DNA of 64,000 bases from Dehalococcoidia bacterium (lineage in GTDB: Bacteria > Chloroflexota > Dehalococcoidia > Lucifugimonadales > UBA3495). The DNA lies in NCBI GenBank assembly GCA_965207025.1, contig OZ242258.1, positions 1,061,699 to 1,125,698 on the forward strand, written 5' to 3'. Under the pieces are notes generated by a model that saw only the letters and a program-made list of their open reading frames with translations, had not been told where the DNA came from and did not search any database. Of this stretch, positions 8,502-17,367 are shown one piece after another. The translations under genes were made by a program, and so were the position numbers. Within the stretch, counting starts at the first letter, position 1. Every line of letters begins with the position of its first letter.

Positions 8502-9287
8502 ATGACGTCTTTGAACATCGGTATCCCTTCCTCGGATTTCATAGCCTCGGTGCGGGAGGCGCTGGACAGAGAGGATGCGCCACCGGCAAACCCCTACGGA
8601 CCTTTGCTGGACGATCTGGACGCGGTGGATGAGCGGGCGTCATCGGTGCGCGAACGCATTGCCGGGGAGTTGCCTGACTTGATGCAGGATTTGGCACGCA
8701 CGGCCGCGTTACGGGGATGGAACGTGGAGCGATGCGGAGGGATCGAGGAAACGGTTGATTATGTCGTGTCACTGGCCGGGCGACTAGGCGTTACTTCCGC
8801 CGCGCGGTCCGATCAGCCGGTGTTCGACGTGGTTCCAGTAGATGCAGCTTTGGCCGGCGCGGGAACGATCTGTTGGCCGGCGATATACGAGAGGGTTGAC
8901 GACCGGGAGACCGTGCGGAGACGCCTTGCGGAGTCGGGCATGGGCATCACAGGCGCGGATTACGCTATCGCGGAAACGGGTTCGGTGATCGTGCTGCCGC
9001 GCAAAGGACTGAGCCGGTTGGTGTCCGTGGTCCCGCCGGTGCATGTGGCGATAGTGCGACCGCAGGATATTCTCGGCACGCTGGACGACCTGTTCGCGTT
9101 GCGGAGATTGGAGTTCCATCGCGGCCGGGCGAGCGGCGACGGCGACATGGGAAGCTATCTCAATTTCATCACGGGGCCAAGCCGCACCGCCGACATTGAG
9201 CAGACCATAGTGGTGGGCGTGCACGGGCCGAGAGAAGTCCACATGGTACTCTTGGACGAGCAGCATGGTTCGACAGGCTCACCATGA
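8502..9287 (+). CDS. lutC: Lactate utilization protein C (LUD domain)
   Basis: 261 aa with ITGADYAIAETGSVIV LUD-type motif, third gene of lutABC order. The last codons and stop lie in a family A repeat. Confidence 0.82.
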   Translation: MTSLNIGIPSSDFIASVREALDREDAPPANPYGPLLDDLDAVDERASSVRERIAGELPDLMQDLARTAALRGWNVERCGGIEETVDYVVSLAGRLGVTSAARSDQPVFDVVPVDAALAGAGTICWPAIYERVDDRETVRRRLAESGMGITGADYAIAETGSVIVLPRKGLSRLVSVVPPVHVAIVRPQDILGTLDDLFALRRLEFHRGRASGDGDMGSYLNFITGPSRTADIEQTIVVGVHGPREVHMVLLDEQHGSTGSP

Positions 9288-9375
9288 TCCTTCGACAGGC
9301 TCAGGATGAGTGGATGGTAAGGAATGATCTTTCGACGGGCTCACGATGATGGTTCGACGGGCTCACCATGAGCGG
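9269..9375. repeat. Cluster of four family A repeat cores (TTCGAC[AG]GGCTCA[CG][CG]ATGA[GT][CT]GG)
   Basis: Copies at 9269..9287, 9291..9313, 9331..9352 and 9353..9375. Same core at 37, 100 and 10709. Confidence 0.85.
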
Positions 9376-9386
9376 GAGCAGCGATT

Positions 9387-9728
9387 ATGCCGATGCGCGT
9401 AGGGTTCATACAGTTTCGCAGGCAGATGCTGGAGCAGCAACTGTCGGAGACGATGGACGTTTTCCCCACGCTGGGAATCGAGAAAGCCATCCTGATCGGG
9501 GATTTTGTGAGCGGGGACATCTCGCCCTCAAGCACCTTGGACTTCATCTTCGTACACGACACGGACCGGTCGTTCGGAAGACGGGCAGATTTCTTCTCGT
9601 ATCACCTGGATGCCCAGGTGGGCATGACCTACCAGGTTTATACGCCCGAGGAATTCGGGCAACTGCAAGAGACGCTGCCAGCGCTGTACTCGGCCTGCAA
9701 ACAAGGAAGGGTGGTTTTTGATGCCTGA
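9387..9728 (+). CDS. Nucleotidyltransferase-domain protein (MNT-like partner of HEPN)
   Basis: 113 aa. [20 protein letters not shown] aligns with the GSxxxG..SD[IL]D pol-beta NTase motif but is degenerate. Overlaps the HEPN gene by 11 nt. Confidence 0.7.
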   Translation: MPMRVGFIQFRRQMLEQQLSETMDVFPTLGIEKAILIGDFVSGDISPSSTLDFIFVHDTDRSFGRRADFFSYHLDAQVGMTYQVYTPEEFGQLQETLPALYSACKQGRVVFDA

Positions 9729-10122
9729 TTTTGCTGCGGAAGGCGTTCGCTGGTTTCGGCAAGCGGAGCGCGACCTTGAGGATGCGAACTTCAACCGGCA
9801 GGGCGAACGCTACAACGTGGCGTGTTTTTTATGTCAGCAGGCCGCTGAGAAAGCGCTGAAAGCCTACCTGTACCGCCGGGGCGCGGAGGATGTCTGGGGC
9901 ACCTCGCTGATCGACCTCTGCGAGGATGCCAAGATCTTCGAGATGTTCTTCGACACCATCAAGGCCGAAGCGCGGCAGTTGGACAAGTACCGCGACATCA
10001 CGCGGTATCCGGCCTACTTGCCCAGCGGGATACCGGCGGAGGTGTTTGACGACGTTGACGCTGAGCGAGCCATCGAGCTGGCGGGCATTGTGGTGCGGTT
10101 CGTGGAATCGCGCGTCAAGTGA
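9718..10122 (+). CDS. HEPN domain protein
   Basis: 134 aa with AERDLEDA..., [13 protein letters not shown] and YRDITRYP (the RYP-type motif of PF05168-like HEPN). Confidence 0.82.
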   Translation: MMPDFAAEGVRWFRQAERDLEDANFNRQGERYNVACFLCQQAAEKALKAYLYRRGAEDVWGTSLIDLCEDAKIFEMFFDTIKAEARQLDKYRDITRYPAYLPSGIPAEVFDDVDAERAIELAGIVVRFVESRVK

Positions 10123-10140
10123 GTGGTGAGTAGAGGGTAG

Positions 10141-10182
10141 ATTCCCCCTCACCTATTCCTCCCCCGCAAGGGGAGAAGGAAC
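10141..10182 (+). repeat. Family C post-stop hairpin repeat (TTCaCCCTCACC..CCTCTCCC-loop-GGGAGAGGGA)
   Basis: ATTCCCCCTCACCTATTCCTCCCCCGCAAGGGGAGAAGGAAC starts 19 nt after the HEPN stop. Also supplies the last codons (..SPLAGEE) of the convergent minus-strand gene. Confidence 0.75.
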
Positions 10183-10623
10183 TTCGCCGAATATACGGGC
10201 CAACTGTTGCTGCCGGTAGTCGAAGATGCGCCGCAGATCTCGCCGCACCAGCAGGCGGTCTGCCAACCATCCGCCGAACATATCGTACTCAACGTAGTCC
10301 CGTATCAACGTTCCGCCGTCCTGCGGTATGAAGGTGTGTTCGTGCCCCCATCGGCGGTATGGCCCCTTGATCTGCTCGTCAACGAACCGGTGGGGGGGCT
10401 CCCAGGCGGTAATGCGGCTGCGCCACTTGAGTGGCAGCCCATGTAAACGGAGCCGGTAGTCAATTTCCACGCCGGCGCGCATTTCAATGGGCGGCGGCGT
10501 GACCACGTGGAAACGTAGCAACGGCGGAGTCAGTTCCTCCAGCCGAAACGCATCGGAATAGAAGGGGAAGATGCCTTCCGGTGGGCGGGGAAGCCACTGG
10601 CTGCTTTCCAGGGTGAAAGGCAT
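10153..10623 (-). CDS. SRPBCC superfamily (polyketide cyclase/dehydrase-like) protein
   Basis: 156 aa with WEPPHRFVDEQIKGPYRRWGHEHTF, a pattern typical of COG4276-type SRPBCC proteins. Confidence 0.75.
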   Translation of the reverse strand: MPFTLESSQWLPRPPEGIFPFYSDAFRLEELTPPLLRFHVVTPPPIEMRAGVEIDYRLRLHGLPLKWRSRITAWEPPHRFVDEQIKGPYRRWGHEHTFIPQDGGTLIRDYVEYDMFGGWLADRLLVRRDLRRIFDYRQQQLARIFGEVPSPLAGEE

Positions 10624-10653
10624 TCGTCAGAATTGGTTGATGTGCAGAGTGCC

Positions 10654-10704
10654 CTGGATTCCCGCCTACGCGGGAATGACGGTATGTAGTATGCGGGAAT
10701 GACG
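10654..10704. repeat. Family B hairpin repeat plus adjacent half copy
   Basis: CTGGATTCCCGCCTACGCGGGAATGACGG (stem ATTCCCGC/GCGGGAAT) at 10654..10682, then GCGGGAATGACG again at 10693..10704. Confidence 0.85.
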
Positions 10705-10708
10705 ATCC

Positions 10709-10731
10709 TTCGACAGGCTCAGGATGAGCGG
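10709..10731. repeat. Family A repeat core
   Basis: TTCGACAGGCTCAGGATGAGCGG. Overlaps the stop and last codons of the glycerate kinase gene. Confidence 0.8.
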
Positions 10732-11870
10732 GAACGGCCGAGGTTGTAGAGGCGGATGGCTCGTTCGGAGGCGCGTTCCAGAAGTTCGGCGCCGTTTTGC
10801 AGGCTGTGTTCCAGTGTAGTGGGTTCCTCGGCGATGGGGATGATGGCGTCGATGCCGTGTTGGTAGAGCGCGTCGTATCCCTTGCCCAGGCTGCCGGCCA
10901 GGAGTAACGTGGGAACGCCAAAGGCCCGGCTGCGGCGGGCAATGCCCACGGGGGCTTTGTCGAAAGCGGTGGAACGGTCAGCGCGGCCCTCGCCTGTAAT
11001 CACCAGGTCCGCCCCCTGCGCGTGTCGGTCGAATTCCAGGGCGTCGCACACCATGTCGATGCCGGAGCGGAGTTCGCAGTTGGCGAAGGCCATGAGTCCG
11101 GCGCCCAGACCGCCGGCCGCCCCGGCGCCGGGGTTGTGCAACACGTTGACGCCCAGTTGGGATTGAACGACATGGGCGAGATTTGCGAGGCAGGCGTCGA
11201 GTTCCTGGACCATTTCGGGCGTGGCTCCCTTTTGGGGGCCGAAGATCGCCGATGCTCCCGTGTCCCCACATAGCGGGTTGGTAACGTCGGTAGCGCCTAT
11301 GATGGTGGCGTTGGACAAGCCCGGATGAACGTTGGATACGTCAATGGTGTTGAGGTCGGCCAATGCCGCGCCGCCGGGGGGAAGCGTCTCACTGGCGGCG
11401 TTCAGAAACCGGACGGCCAACGCGGAGGCCATTCCGGTTCCGCCGTCGTTGGTGGCGCTGCCGCCGAGCCCCACGATGATGCGCGTATAGCCGGCGTCGA
11501 GGGCGGAGGCCATGAGCTGGCCAGTGCCGTAGGTGGTTGCGGTTCGAGGGTCGCGGCGGTGGTCGGGGATCAGGGCCAGGCCGGATGCGAGGGCCATTTC
11601 AATCACCGCAGTTTGGCCGTCGCCCATGACCCCCCATTGCGCGGATATGGAGTCTCCCAACGGACCGACCACTGTTTCGGTGAAGTATCGCCCGCCGGTG
11701 GTGTCAATAAGAGCAGTGAGGGTTCCGTCGCCGCCGTCGGCCACCGGAATCAGAACGGTCTCGGCATCCGGGATTGCACGCATGACGCCATTCTGGATGG
11801 CGACGGCGGCGGCGCGGGCGGAGATGCTCTGTTTGAAGGCCTGGGGAGCGATGACGATGCGTAGGGGCAT
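10719..11870 (-). CDS. Glycerate kinase
   Basis: MPLRIVIAPQAFKQSISA...LIPVADGGDGTL and ITGEGRAD motifs of the GlxK/GarK family. ATG 11870 chosen because the family N-terminus aligns there. The track ORF extends to 11903. Confidence 0.88.
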   Translation of the reverse strand: MPLRIVIAPQAFKQSISARAAAVAIQNGVMRAIPDAETVLIPVADGGDGTLTALIDTTGGRYFTETVVGPLGDSISAQWGVMGDGQTAVIEMALASGLALIPDHRRDPRTATTYGTGQLMASALDAGYTRIIVGLGGSATNDGGTGMASALAVRFLNAASETLPPGGAALADLNTIDVSNVHPGLSNATIIGATDVTNPLCGDTGASAIFGPQKGATPEMVQELDACLANLAHVVQSQLGVNVLHNPGAGAAGGLGAGLMAFANCELRSGIDMVCDALEFDRHAQGADLVITGEGRADRSTAFDKAPVGIARRSRAFGVPTLLLAGSLGKGYDALYQHGIDAIIPIAEEPTTLEHSLQNGAELLERASERAIRLYNLGRSRSS

Positions 11871-11983
11871 GGAGTGATTATAGACCATGCTTGCCGCCCA
11901 CAATAGGCAGGGGCGGTTGGTTATGTTAGTATCGGCCAGCGGCGCGAGTTGTCATTGAGAACGCTACATCGGAGGGTTAAGTC

Positions 11984-13315
11984 ATGCCCAGCAAAGCGGA
12001 ATTGAAGGATCGGGCTTTTGCCGAAATTGACCGGCGGGCGGATGAGTTGGTGCGAATTTCCCAACAGATTCTGGCCAATCCGGAGCCCGGATTCCGTGAG
12101 TTCAAAACGGCCGCGCTGGTGGGCGACATGTTCGGCGAGATGGGCGTTCCCTTCCGCAGCGGGTTGGGAATGACTGGCTTGCGGGGCGAGATCATCGGCG
12201 GGAGCGAAGGGCCGACCATGGCCATACTAGGCGAGCTGGACAGCCTGATCGTCAACGAGCATCCCCACGCGAATCCTGAAACGGGCGCGGCGCACGCCTG
12301 CGGCCATCACTGCCAGATTGCCATGATGCTGGGGTCCACGATGGCGCTGATGCAGGAGGATGTGCTGCCTCACCTCAGCGGGCGCATCGTTCCCATCGCC
12401 GTGCCAGCCGAAGAGTACATCGAAATTGAGTACCGCGACAGCCTGCGCCGGGAGGGCAAGATAGAGTTCCTGGGCGGCAAGCCTGAGTTCATTCGCTTGG
12501 GGGAGTTGGACGACGTGCATCTCTCGATGATGATGCACACCACCAGCACGCCCATTGAAAAACAGTTGTGCACCACTGGAACAAATAACGGCACAGTTGC
12601 CAAGAAGATCCAGTTCGTGGGCAAGGGCGCTCATGCCGGCGGCTCGCCACACCTGGGCATCAACGCCCTGAACGCGGCCACATTGGCGATGTCGGCCATC
12701 CACTTCAACCGGGAGACGTTCCTGGACACCGACACGGTTCGGGTGCATCCGATTATCACCAGGGGCGGTGAGGCGGTGTCCGCGGTGCCGGCGGACGTGC
12801 GGATGGAGACGTTCGTGCGCGGCAAAACGCTGGACGCCATCATGGACGCCAACCGGAAGGTTGACCGGGCCCTGCGGGCCGGAGCGATGGCGGTAGGCGC
12901 TACGGTCAACATCCAGACGATTCCCGGATATCTGCCCATGCTCCAGAACAGCCGGATGCAGGAGATTTTCCGGTCCAATGCCGAAACCCTGGTGGGCGCC
13001 GACAACGTAGGCTGGAACCCACACCGCACGGGCAGCACGGATATGGGCGACATCAGCGCCATCATGCCGGTGCTGCATCCCTACGTGGGCGGAGCGACCG
13101 GTATCGGACACGGCGCGGACTACGTGATCCAGGACTACCAACTGGCGGTGATCACCGGAGCGAAGGCTATGACCGCCACCGTAATTGACCTCATGGCGGA
13201 CGGCGCGGCGGAAGCCAACAACGTGGTGGCCAACCACAGGCCGGAAATGACCTCGCGGGAGTATGTGAACTTCATGCGAACATTGGCCTCGGAAGAGTCT
13301 TACACAGAGGGCTAG
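11984..13315 (+). CDS. M20-family amidohydrolase (paralog 1)
   Basis: 443 aa with AAHACGHHCQIAMMLG metal-binding motif. Confidence 0.82.
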   Translation: MPSKAELKDRAFAEIDRRADELVRISQQILANPEPGFREFKTAALVGDMFGEMGVPFRSGLGMTGLRGEIIGGSEGPTMAILGELDSLIVNEHPHANPETGAAHACGHHCQIAMMLGSTMALMQEDVLPHLSGRIVPIAVPAEEYIEIEYRDSLRREGKIEFLGGKPEFIRLGELDDVHLSMMMHTTSTPIEKQLCTTGTNNGTVAKKIQFVGKGAHAGGSPHLGINALNAATLAMSAIHFNRETFLDTDTVRVHPIITRGGEAVSAVPADVRMETFVRGKTLDAIMDANRKVDRALRAGAMAVGATVNIQTIPGYLPMLQNSRMQEIFRSNAETLVGADNVGWNPHRTGSTDMGDISAIMPVLHPYVGGATGIGHGADYVIQDYQLAVITGAKAMTATVIDLMADGAAEANNVVANHRPEMTSREYVNFMRTLASEESYTEG

Positions 13316-13367
13316 TTATTTACATCGATTCACAAGATGCACAAGATTTCAGGTTGGATTGGGTTTT

Positions 13368-14714
13368 ATGGCAACGCGCGAAGAACTGAAGCGAGCGGCC
13401 TGCGCCGCCATTGACCGGCACAGCGATAACCTCATCGCCGTGTCCCGAGACATCCTGGAGCATCCCGAGCCGGGATACAGCGAGTACCGGACGGCGCGGG
13501 TGGTAGCGGAACAGTTCGCGCGTCTGGGCATCAAGTTCAATGCCGGACTGGCCCTGACCGGACTGAAGGGAACCGTAAAGGGCGGCGGGGGCAACGGGCC
13601 TCGGGTGGCAATCATCGGTGAGCTGGACAGCCTGATCGTGGACGGACACCCCCACGCCGCCGAGGGAACCAAAGCGGCGCACGCTTGCGGGCACCATTGC
13701 CAGATCGGCATGATGCTGGGAGCAGTGGCCGGATTGATGCAACCGGAGGTGCTCAGCGAGTTGAGCGGGGAGATCGTGCCCTTCGCGGTGCCGGCGGAGG
13801 AATTCATCGAAGTGGCCCGCCGCCTGGACCTCCGCGAGAGCGGCAAGATCGAATTCATGGGGGGAAAGCAGGAACTGATCAAGCTGGGCGAGTTCGACGA
13901 CGTGGACATCGCCATGATGTGCCACACCGCCAGCGATATGGGAGCACACACCTTCGCGATGGGCGGCACCAGCAACGGGCACGTGGTCAAGTACGTGCGA
14001 TTCACCGGCCGGGGAACTCACGCTGGCAGCGCGCCGCACCTGGGGGTGAACGCACTGAATGCGGCCACGTTCGCGCTCCAGGCCATCAACTCCAATCGAG
14101 AGATTTACCGAGACCAGGACACGGTACGCATCCACGGCATCATGACGAAGGGCGGCGAGGCGGTCAACGCGGTCCCAGCTGACGTGCGGCTGGAATGGCG
14201 GGTGCGCTCCGGGACGCCGGAAGCTGTGGTGCGGAACTCGGATATCGTGGACCGGTGCTTCCGGGCCGGCGCGCTGGCCGTGGGAGCGTCGGTGTCCATC
14301 ACCAATATCCCTGGCTACCTGCCCATGCGCCACGACCAGCGCCTGATGGAGCTCTTCCGCAAGAACGCGGTGGGCTTGCTGGATGAGAACAGGGTGATGG
14401 TAATGCCGCCGTCACGCAACCGGGGCGGTTCCACCGACATGGGCGACCTGAGCCACATCATACCGGCTATTCATCCCTATACGGCGGGTGCAGAAGGCGC
14501 GGGACACAGTTCCGACTATCTGATTATGGACTACGCGAAGGCGGTGGTGAATCCCGCGAAAATCATGGCGATGGCGGTTATCGACCTGCTTGCGGACAAT
14601 GCAGCGGAGGCCCGACAGGTGGTTTCGTCGTTCCGCCCGGCAATGTCAAAGTCCGCATACCTGAACTTCCAGCGGCAGCGGGCCGAGGTGCTCGAATACA
14701 ACGGGGCCGCCTGA
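13368..14714 (+). CDS. M20-family amidohydrolase (paralog 2)
   Basis: Alignable end to end with 11984..13315 (MATREELKRAACAAIDRH vs MPSKAELKDRAFAEIDRR; AAHACGHHCQIGMMLG). ATG 13368 is chosen by this alignment. Confidence 0.82.
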   Translation: MATREELKRAACAAIDRHSDNLIAVSRDILEHPEPGYSEYRTARVVAEQFARLGIKFNAGLALTGLKGTVKGGGGNGPRVAIIGELDSLIVDGHPHAAEGTKAAHACGHHCQIGMMLGAVAGLMQPEVLSELSGEIVPFAVPAEEFIEVARRLDLRESGKIEFMGGKQELIKLGEFDDVDIAMMCHTASDMGAHTFAMGGTSNGHVVKYVRFTGRGTHAGSAPHLGVNALNAATFALQAINSNREIYRDQDTVRIHGIMTKGGEAVNAVPADVRLEWRVRSGTPEAVVRNSDIVDRCFRAGALAVGASVSITNIPGYLPMRHDQRLMELFRKNAVGLLDENRVMVMPPSRNRGGSTDMGDLSHIIPAIHPYTAGAEGAGHSSDYLIMDYAKAVVNPAKIMAMAVIDLLADNAAEARQVVSSFRPAMSKSAYLNFQRQRAEVLEYNGAA

Positions 14715-14728
14715 GCAAGCAGCCAACG

Positions 14729-15358
14729 TCACAGCCCGGCTGCCAGGACCAGGCTCATTGCGCCGCCGCCCAGTAGCGGAACGGTGAGGTTATCATCCAC
14801 GGGCAGCGGGGCGAGTTCCACCAGAGCGGAAACCACCGCAGCCACTACCACAGCCAGGGACCACTGGCCGTAACCCAGAGCGCAGATGATCGCCCAAACC
14901 CCCAGGGCCGCCCCGACGAAGGCGAAACCTCCGCTGGGGGATTTTCCCCAAAAGCGTGGACCTGGAAAATGAGTGCCAACCAGCGCCGCTGCGGGATCCC
15001 CAATGGCGACGAACAACAGGACCGGCAACGCGATTTCCGGTCCGTAGAAGAAAAAGGTGAAAAAAGCGGCGATCAAAAACCACGTTGCGCCGGATATTTC
15101 GGACACTTCGGAATGTTTAAGGATGGGCGCGAACATCAGCATAAACAGGCGATTCAATAAGCCGACCCTGAATCGGCTCGCCTCAATCGCCAGCGCAAGC
15201 AGCGCACCCGAACCGATTAGGAACATATAGGGGTGTTCGGGAATGGCCAACGACAGCAGGGTTGTGCAAGTCGCGGCTACCAAATGGAATATCCGGCGTC
15301 CGAACGGAGGCGGCGGTGGCGGCAGGCCCGGTGGTTGGCCGATAGGTATAGGATCCAT
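14729..15358 (-). CDS. Polytopic membrane protein, CTP-dependent polyprenol/phytol/dolichol kinase-like (CdsA superfamily)
   Basis: 209 aa, multiple TM segments, and AIGDPAAALVGTHFPG..WGKSPSGGFAF resembling the GD..A..vG...G....KS.EG motif. Confidence 0.6.
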   Translation of the reverse strand: MDPIPIGQPPGLPPPPPPFGRRIFHLVAATCTTLLSLAIPEHPYMFLIGSGALLALAIEASRFRVGLLNRLFMLMFAPILKHSEVSEISGATWFLIAAFFTFFFYGPEIALPVLLFVAIGDPAAALVGTHFPGPRFWGKSPSGGFAFVGAALGVWAIICALGYGQWSLAVVVAAVVSALVELAPLPVDDNLTVPLLGGGAMSLVLAAGL

Positions 15359-15437
15359 TTACTCACCCGACTGACGCCCGGGTTTGCGAGCGTGGGCCTG
15401 CTGCGATCCTACCCCTGCCGGGAGCGCAATGGGGTCG

Positions 15438-16103
15438 TTAGAAGTCTATGGTTATGGTATCGCCTGACGCCCAGCGGAAGGAGCGGAACTGAGTTCCCTC
15501 GGGGGCTTCAAACACCATCCAACCGTCGAGTCCAGTACCCTTAGGCAACTCCTGGGCACGCTCTACGAACTGGGTCTCCCCATTTGGCCGGACTTCTGCA
15601 TACAGCGGGTTCCAGAGGAATTTGACACAGGCGGTGTGGTCGTCCGGATTGACCGGTACATTGCAACGGTCGGACGCGCTTTCGGGGAATTCGGCTTCCT
15701 GGGCGCGCTCGCTGACGTCGATGGGGAAATAGCGGCCTTGCAGAAAATCACGCAGTTGGGCAGCCTCGTGGTCCACGTTGACTATCGCGGAGGTGGCGGT
15801 GTGATTTTCGACCTTGACGCGGAGCAGGATCAACTCATTTTCAGGAGACTCCGGCACTAGCCGGTAGAAGTCCTCGTCCGAGGCGCCCTGTCGGGGCGCG
15901 CGGGTTGATGTGGTCCAACGGAGTTCGTCGGTCCGTTCGATGTCGGCTACGCTGATGTGGAGGATGCGGCCCTTGTAGTATCGTCCGATGTTGGGCGACT
16001 GGGACGAGCAAGCAGCGGATAGCACTATCGCCAATACCAGCGCCAATAGCGTGGCCGCCACAGCCCAACGTCCAGCCAACGCTACAGGTAGATTCCTAGT
16101 CAT
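15438..16103 (-). CDS. Putative lipoprotein (DUF4352-like beta-sandwich)
   Basis: Signal peptide with lipobox LSAAC-SS. C-terminal [10 protein letters not shown] is typical of DUF4352-type domains. Confidence 0.6.
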   Translation of the reverse strand: MTRNLPVALAGRWAVAATLLALVLAIVLSAACSSQSPNIGRYYKGRILHISVADIERTDELRWTTSTRAPRQGASDEDFYRLVPESPENELILLRVKVENHTATSAIVNVDHEAAQLRDFLQGRYFPIDVSERAQEAEFPESASDRCNVPVNPDDHTACVKFLWNPLYAEVRPNGETQFVERAQELPKGTGLDGWMVFEAPEGTQFRSFRWASGDTITIDF

Positions 16104-17301
16104 CGGCGGCTCCCGAAAGGGTAGGCATCTGTCGCAATTCAGTCACGAGACCCGTCAGCACCGACAACAATCGGTCCACTTCGGCATCCGTGTTGTGCTT
16201 CCCCAGAGTAATACGTAGCGACCCACGGGCCAGATCTGCCGTCTGGCCCAGGGCCAGCAGCACGTGGGACGGTTCCAGGGAGCCACTGCTGCACGCGCTG
16301 CCGCTACTGGCGGCGATGCCCTGCAAATCGAGACCGAGCAGGATGGGTTCGCCTTCCACTCCTTCAAATGAGAAGTTGACATTGTTGGGCAGTCGCTCGG
16401 TGGGATGACCGTTAAGGACACAGTTGGGAACCTGGCTGGAAATTTCATAGATGATACGGTCGCGCAATCTGCGACAGTGCGCGCTGATCTCATCTCGTTG
16501 GCTGTCGGCCAACTCCAGAGCGGCGGCCAAACCCATGATGCCGGCAACGTTTTCCGTCCCCGAACGGCGCTCCCTCTCCTGGCCGCCTCCAGTGATCAAA
16601 GGCAGAAAGGGCACTCCGCGGCGAATGAACAGCGCTCCGACGCCCTTGGGTCCGTAAAACTTGTGGGCGGACAAGCTCATCATGTCCACACCCAGGCGTC
16701 GCACATCCAGGTCGAGGAACCCGGCAGCCTGAACCGCGTCGGTGTGCATGACGATGGTGCGGTCAAGTTCCGCGGCGCGCTGCTTGACGGCGGCAGAGAT
16801 GTCGGGGATGGGGTTGATGGTGCCAATTTCGTTATTGGCGTACATTATGGAAACCACCGTGGTGCGCTGGGTGATGGCGTTGTACACACGCTGAGGATCC
16901 ACCATGCCATAGTCGTCCACCGGCAGGCGAGTGATTTCCCAACCTCGATCTTCCAACACCTCGCAGGCATGAAGCACCGCGTGATGCTCGGAGGCGGCGG
17001 TAATAACGTGCCGGCCGGTTTCCGAAAGGGCGTACGCCGCGCCCTGGATCGCCGAGTTGTCTGACTCGGTGCCGCCGCTGGTGAAAACCACCTCGCGGTT
17101 GCGGCAATTCAGGACCTTGGCTACTCGCTCCCTGGCGCTGTCCAGAGCGTACCGGGCCTCCTGACCCACCGTGTGTACGCTGGAGGCATTGCCATACAGC
17201 CGGGTGAAATAGGGCAGCATGGCTTCGAGCACACGCTCATCCAGGGGCGTGGTGCCGGCATGGTCGAAATAGATGTGGTTCTGGGTGGTCATTACGCTCA
17301 C
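16096..17301 (-). CDS. Cysteine desulfurase (class V aminotransferase, NifS/IscS type)
   Basis: [24 protein letters not shown] (PLP lysine) and [17 protein letters not shown] (catalytic Cys loop). Confidence 0.92.
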   Translation of the reverse strand: MSVMTTQNHIYFDHAGTTPLDERVLEAMLPYFTRLYGNASSVHTVGQEARYALDSARERVAKVLNCRNREVVFTSGGTESDNSAIQGAAYALSETGRHVITAASEHHAVLHACEVLEDRGWEITRLPVDDYGMVDPQRVYNAITQRTTVVSIMYANNEIGTINPIPDISAAVKQRAAELDRTIVMHTDAVQAAGFLDLDVRRLGVDMMSLSAHKFYGPKGVGALFIRRGVPFLPLITGGGQERERRSGTENVAGIMGLAAALELADSQRDEISAHCRRLRDRIIYEISSQVPNCVLNGHPTERLPNNVNFSFEGVEGEPILLGLDLQGIAASSGSACSSGSLEPSHVLLALGQTADLARGSLRITLGKHNTDAEVDRLLSVLTGLVTELRQMPTLSGAADD

Positions 17302-17328
17302 TACTTGGAGCGATATTTTAGCACGGTT

Positions 17329-17357
17329 CTGGATTCCCGCCTTCGCGGGAATGACGG
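17329..17357. repeat. Family B hairpin repeat
   Basis: CTGGATTCCCGCCTTCGCGGGAATGACGG, between the cysteine desulfurase start and the 3' end of the membrane gene. Confidence 0.85.
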
Positions 17358-17367
17358 ATCCGGGGGT

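Noticed and set aside
9269-9375. Possible CRISPR array (four similar ~22-nt units in 107 nt)
   Set aside because: The units are nearly contiguous or separated by 3-17 nt of irregular filler. There are no unique spacers of constant length and no cas genes, and the same core is dispersed singly elsewhere. It is an interspersed REP-type repeat, not CRISPR.
12227-14333. Long minus-strand ORFs 12227..13237 and 13320..14333
   Set aside because: They are antisense to the two M20 amidohydrolase paralogs, which have metal-binding motifs.
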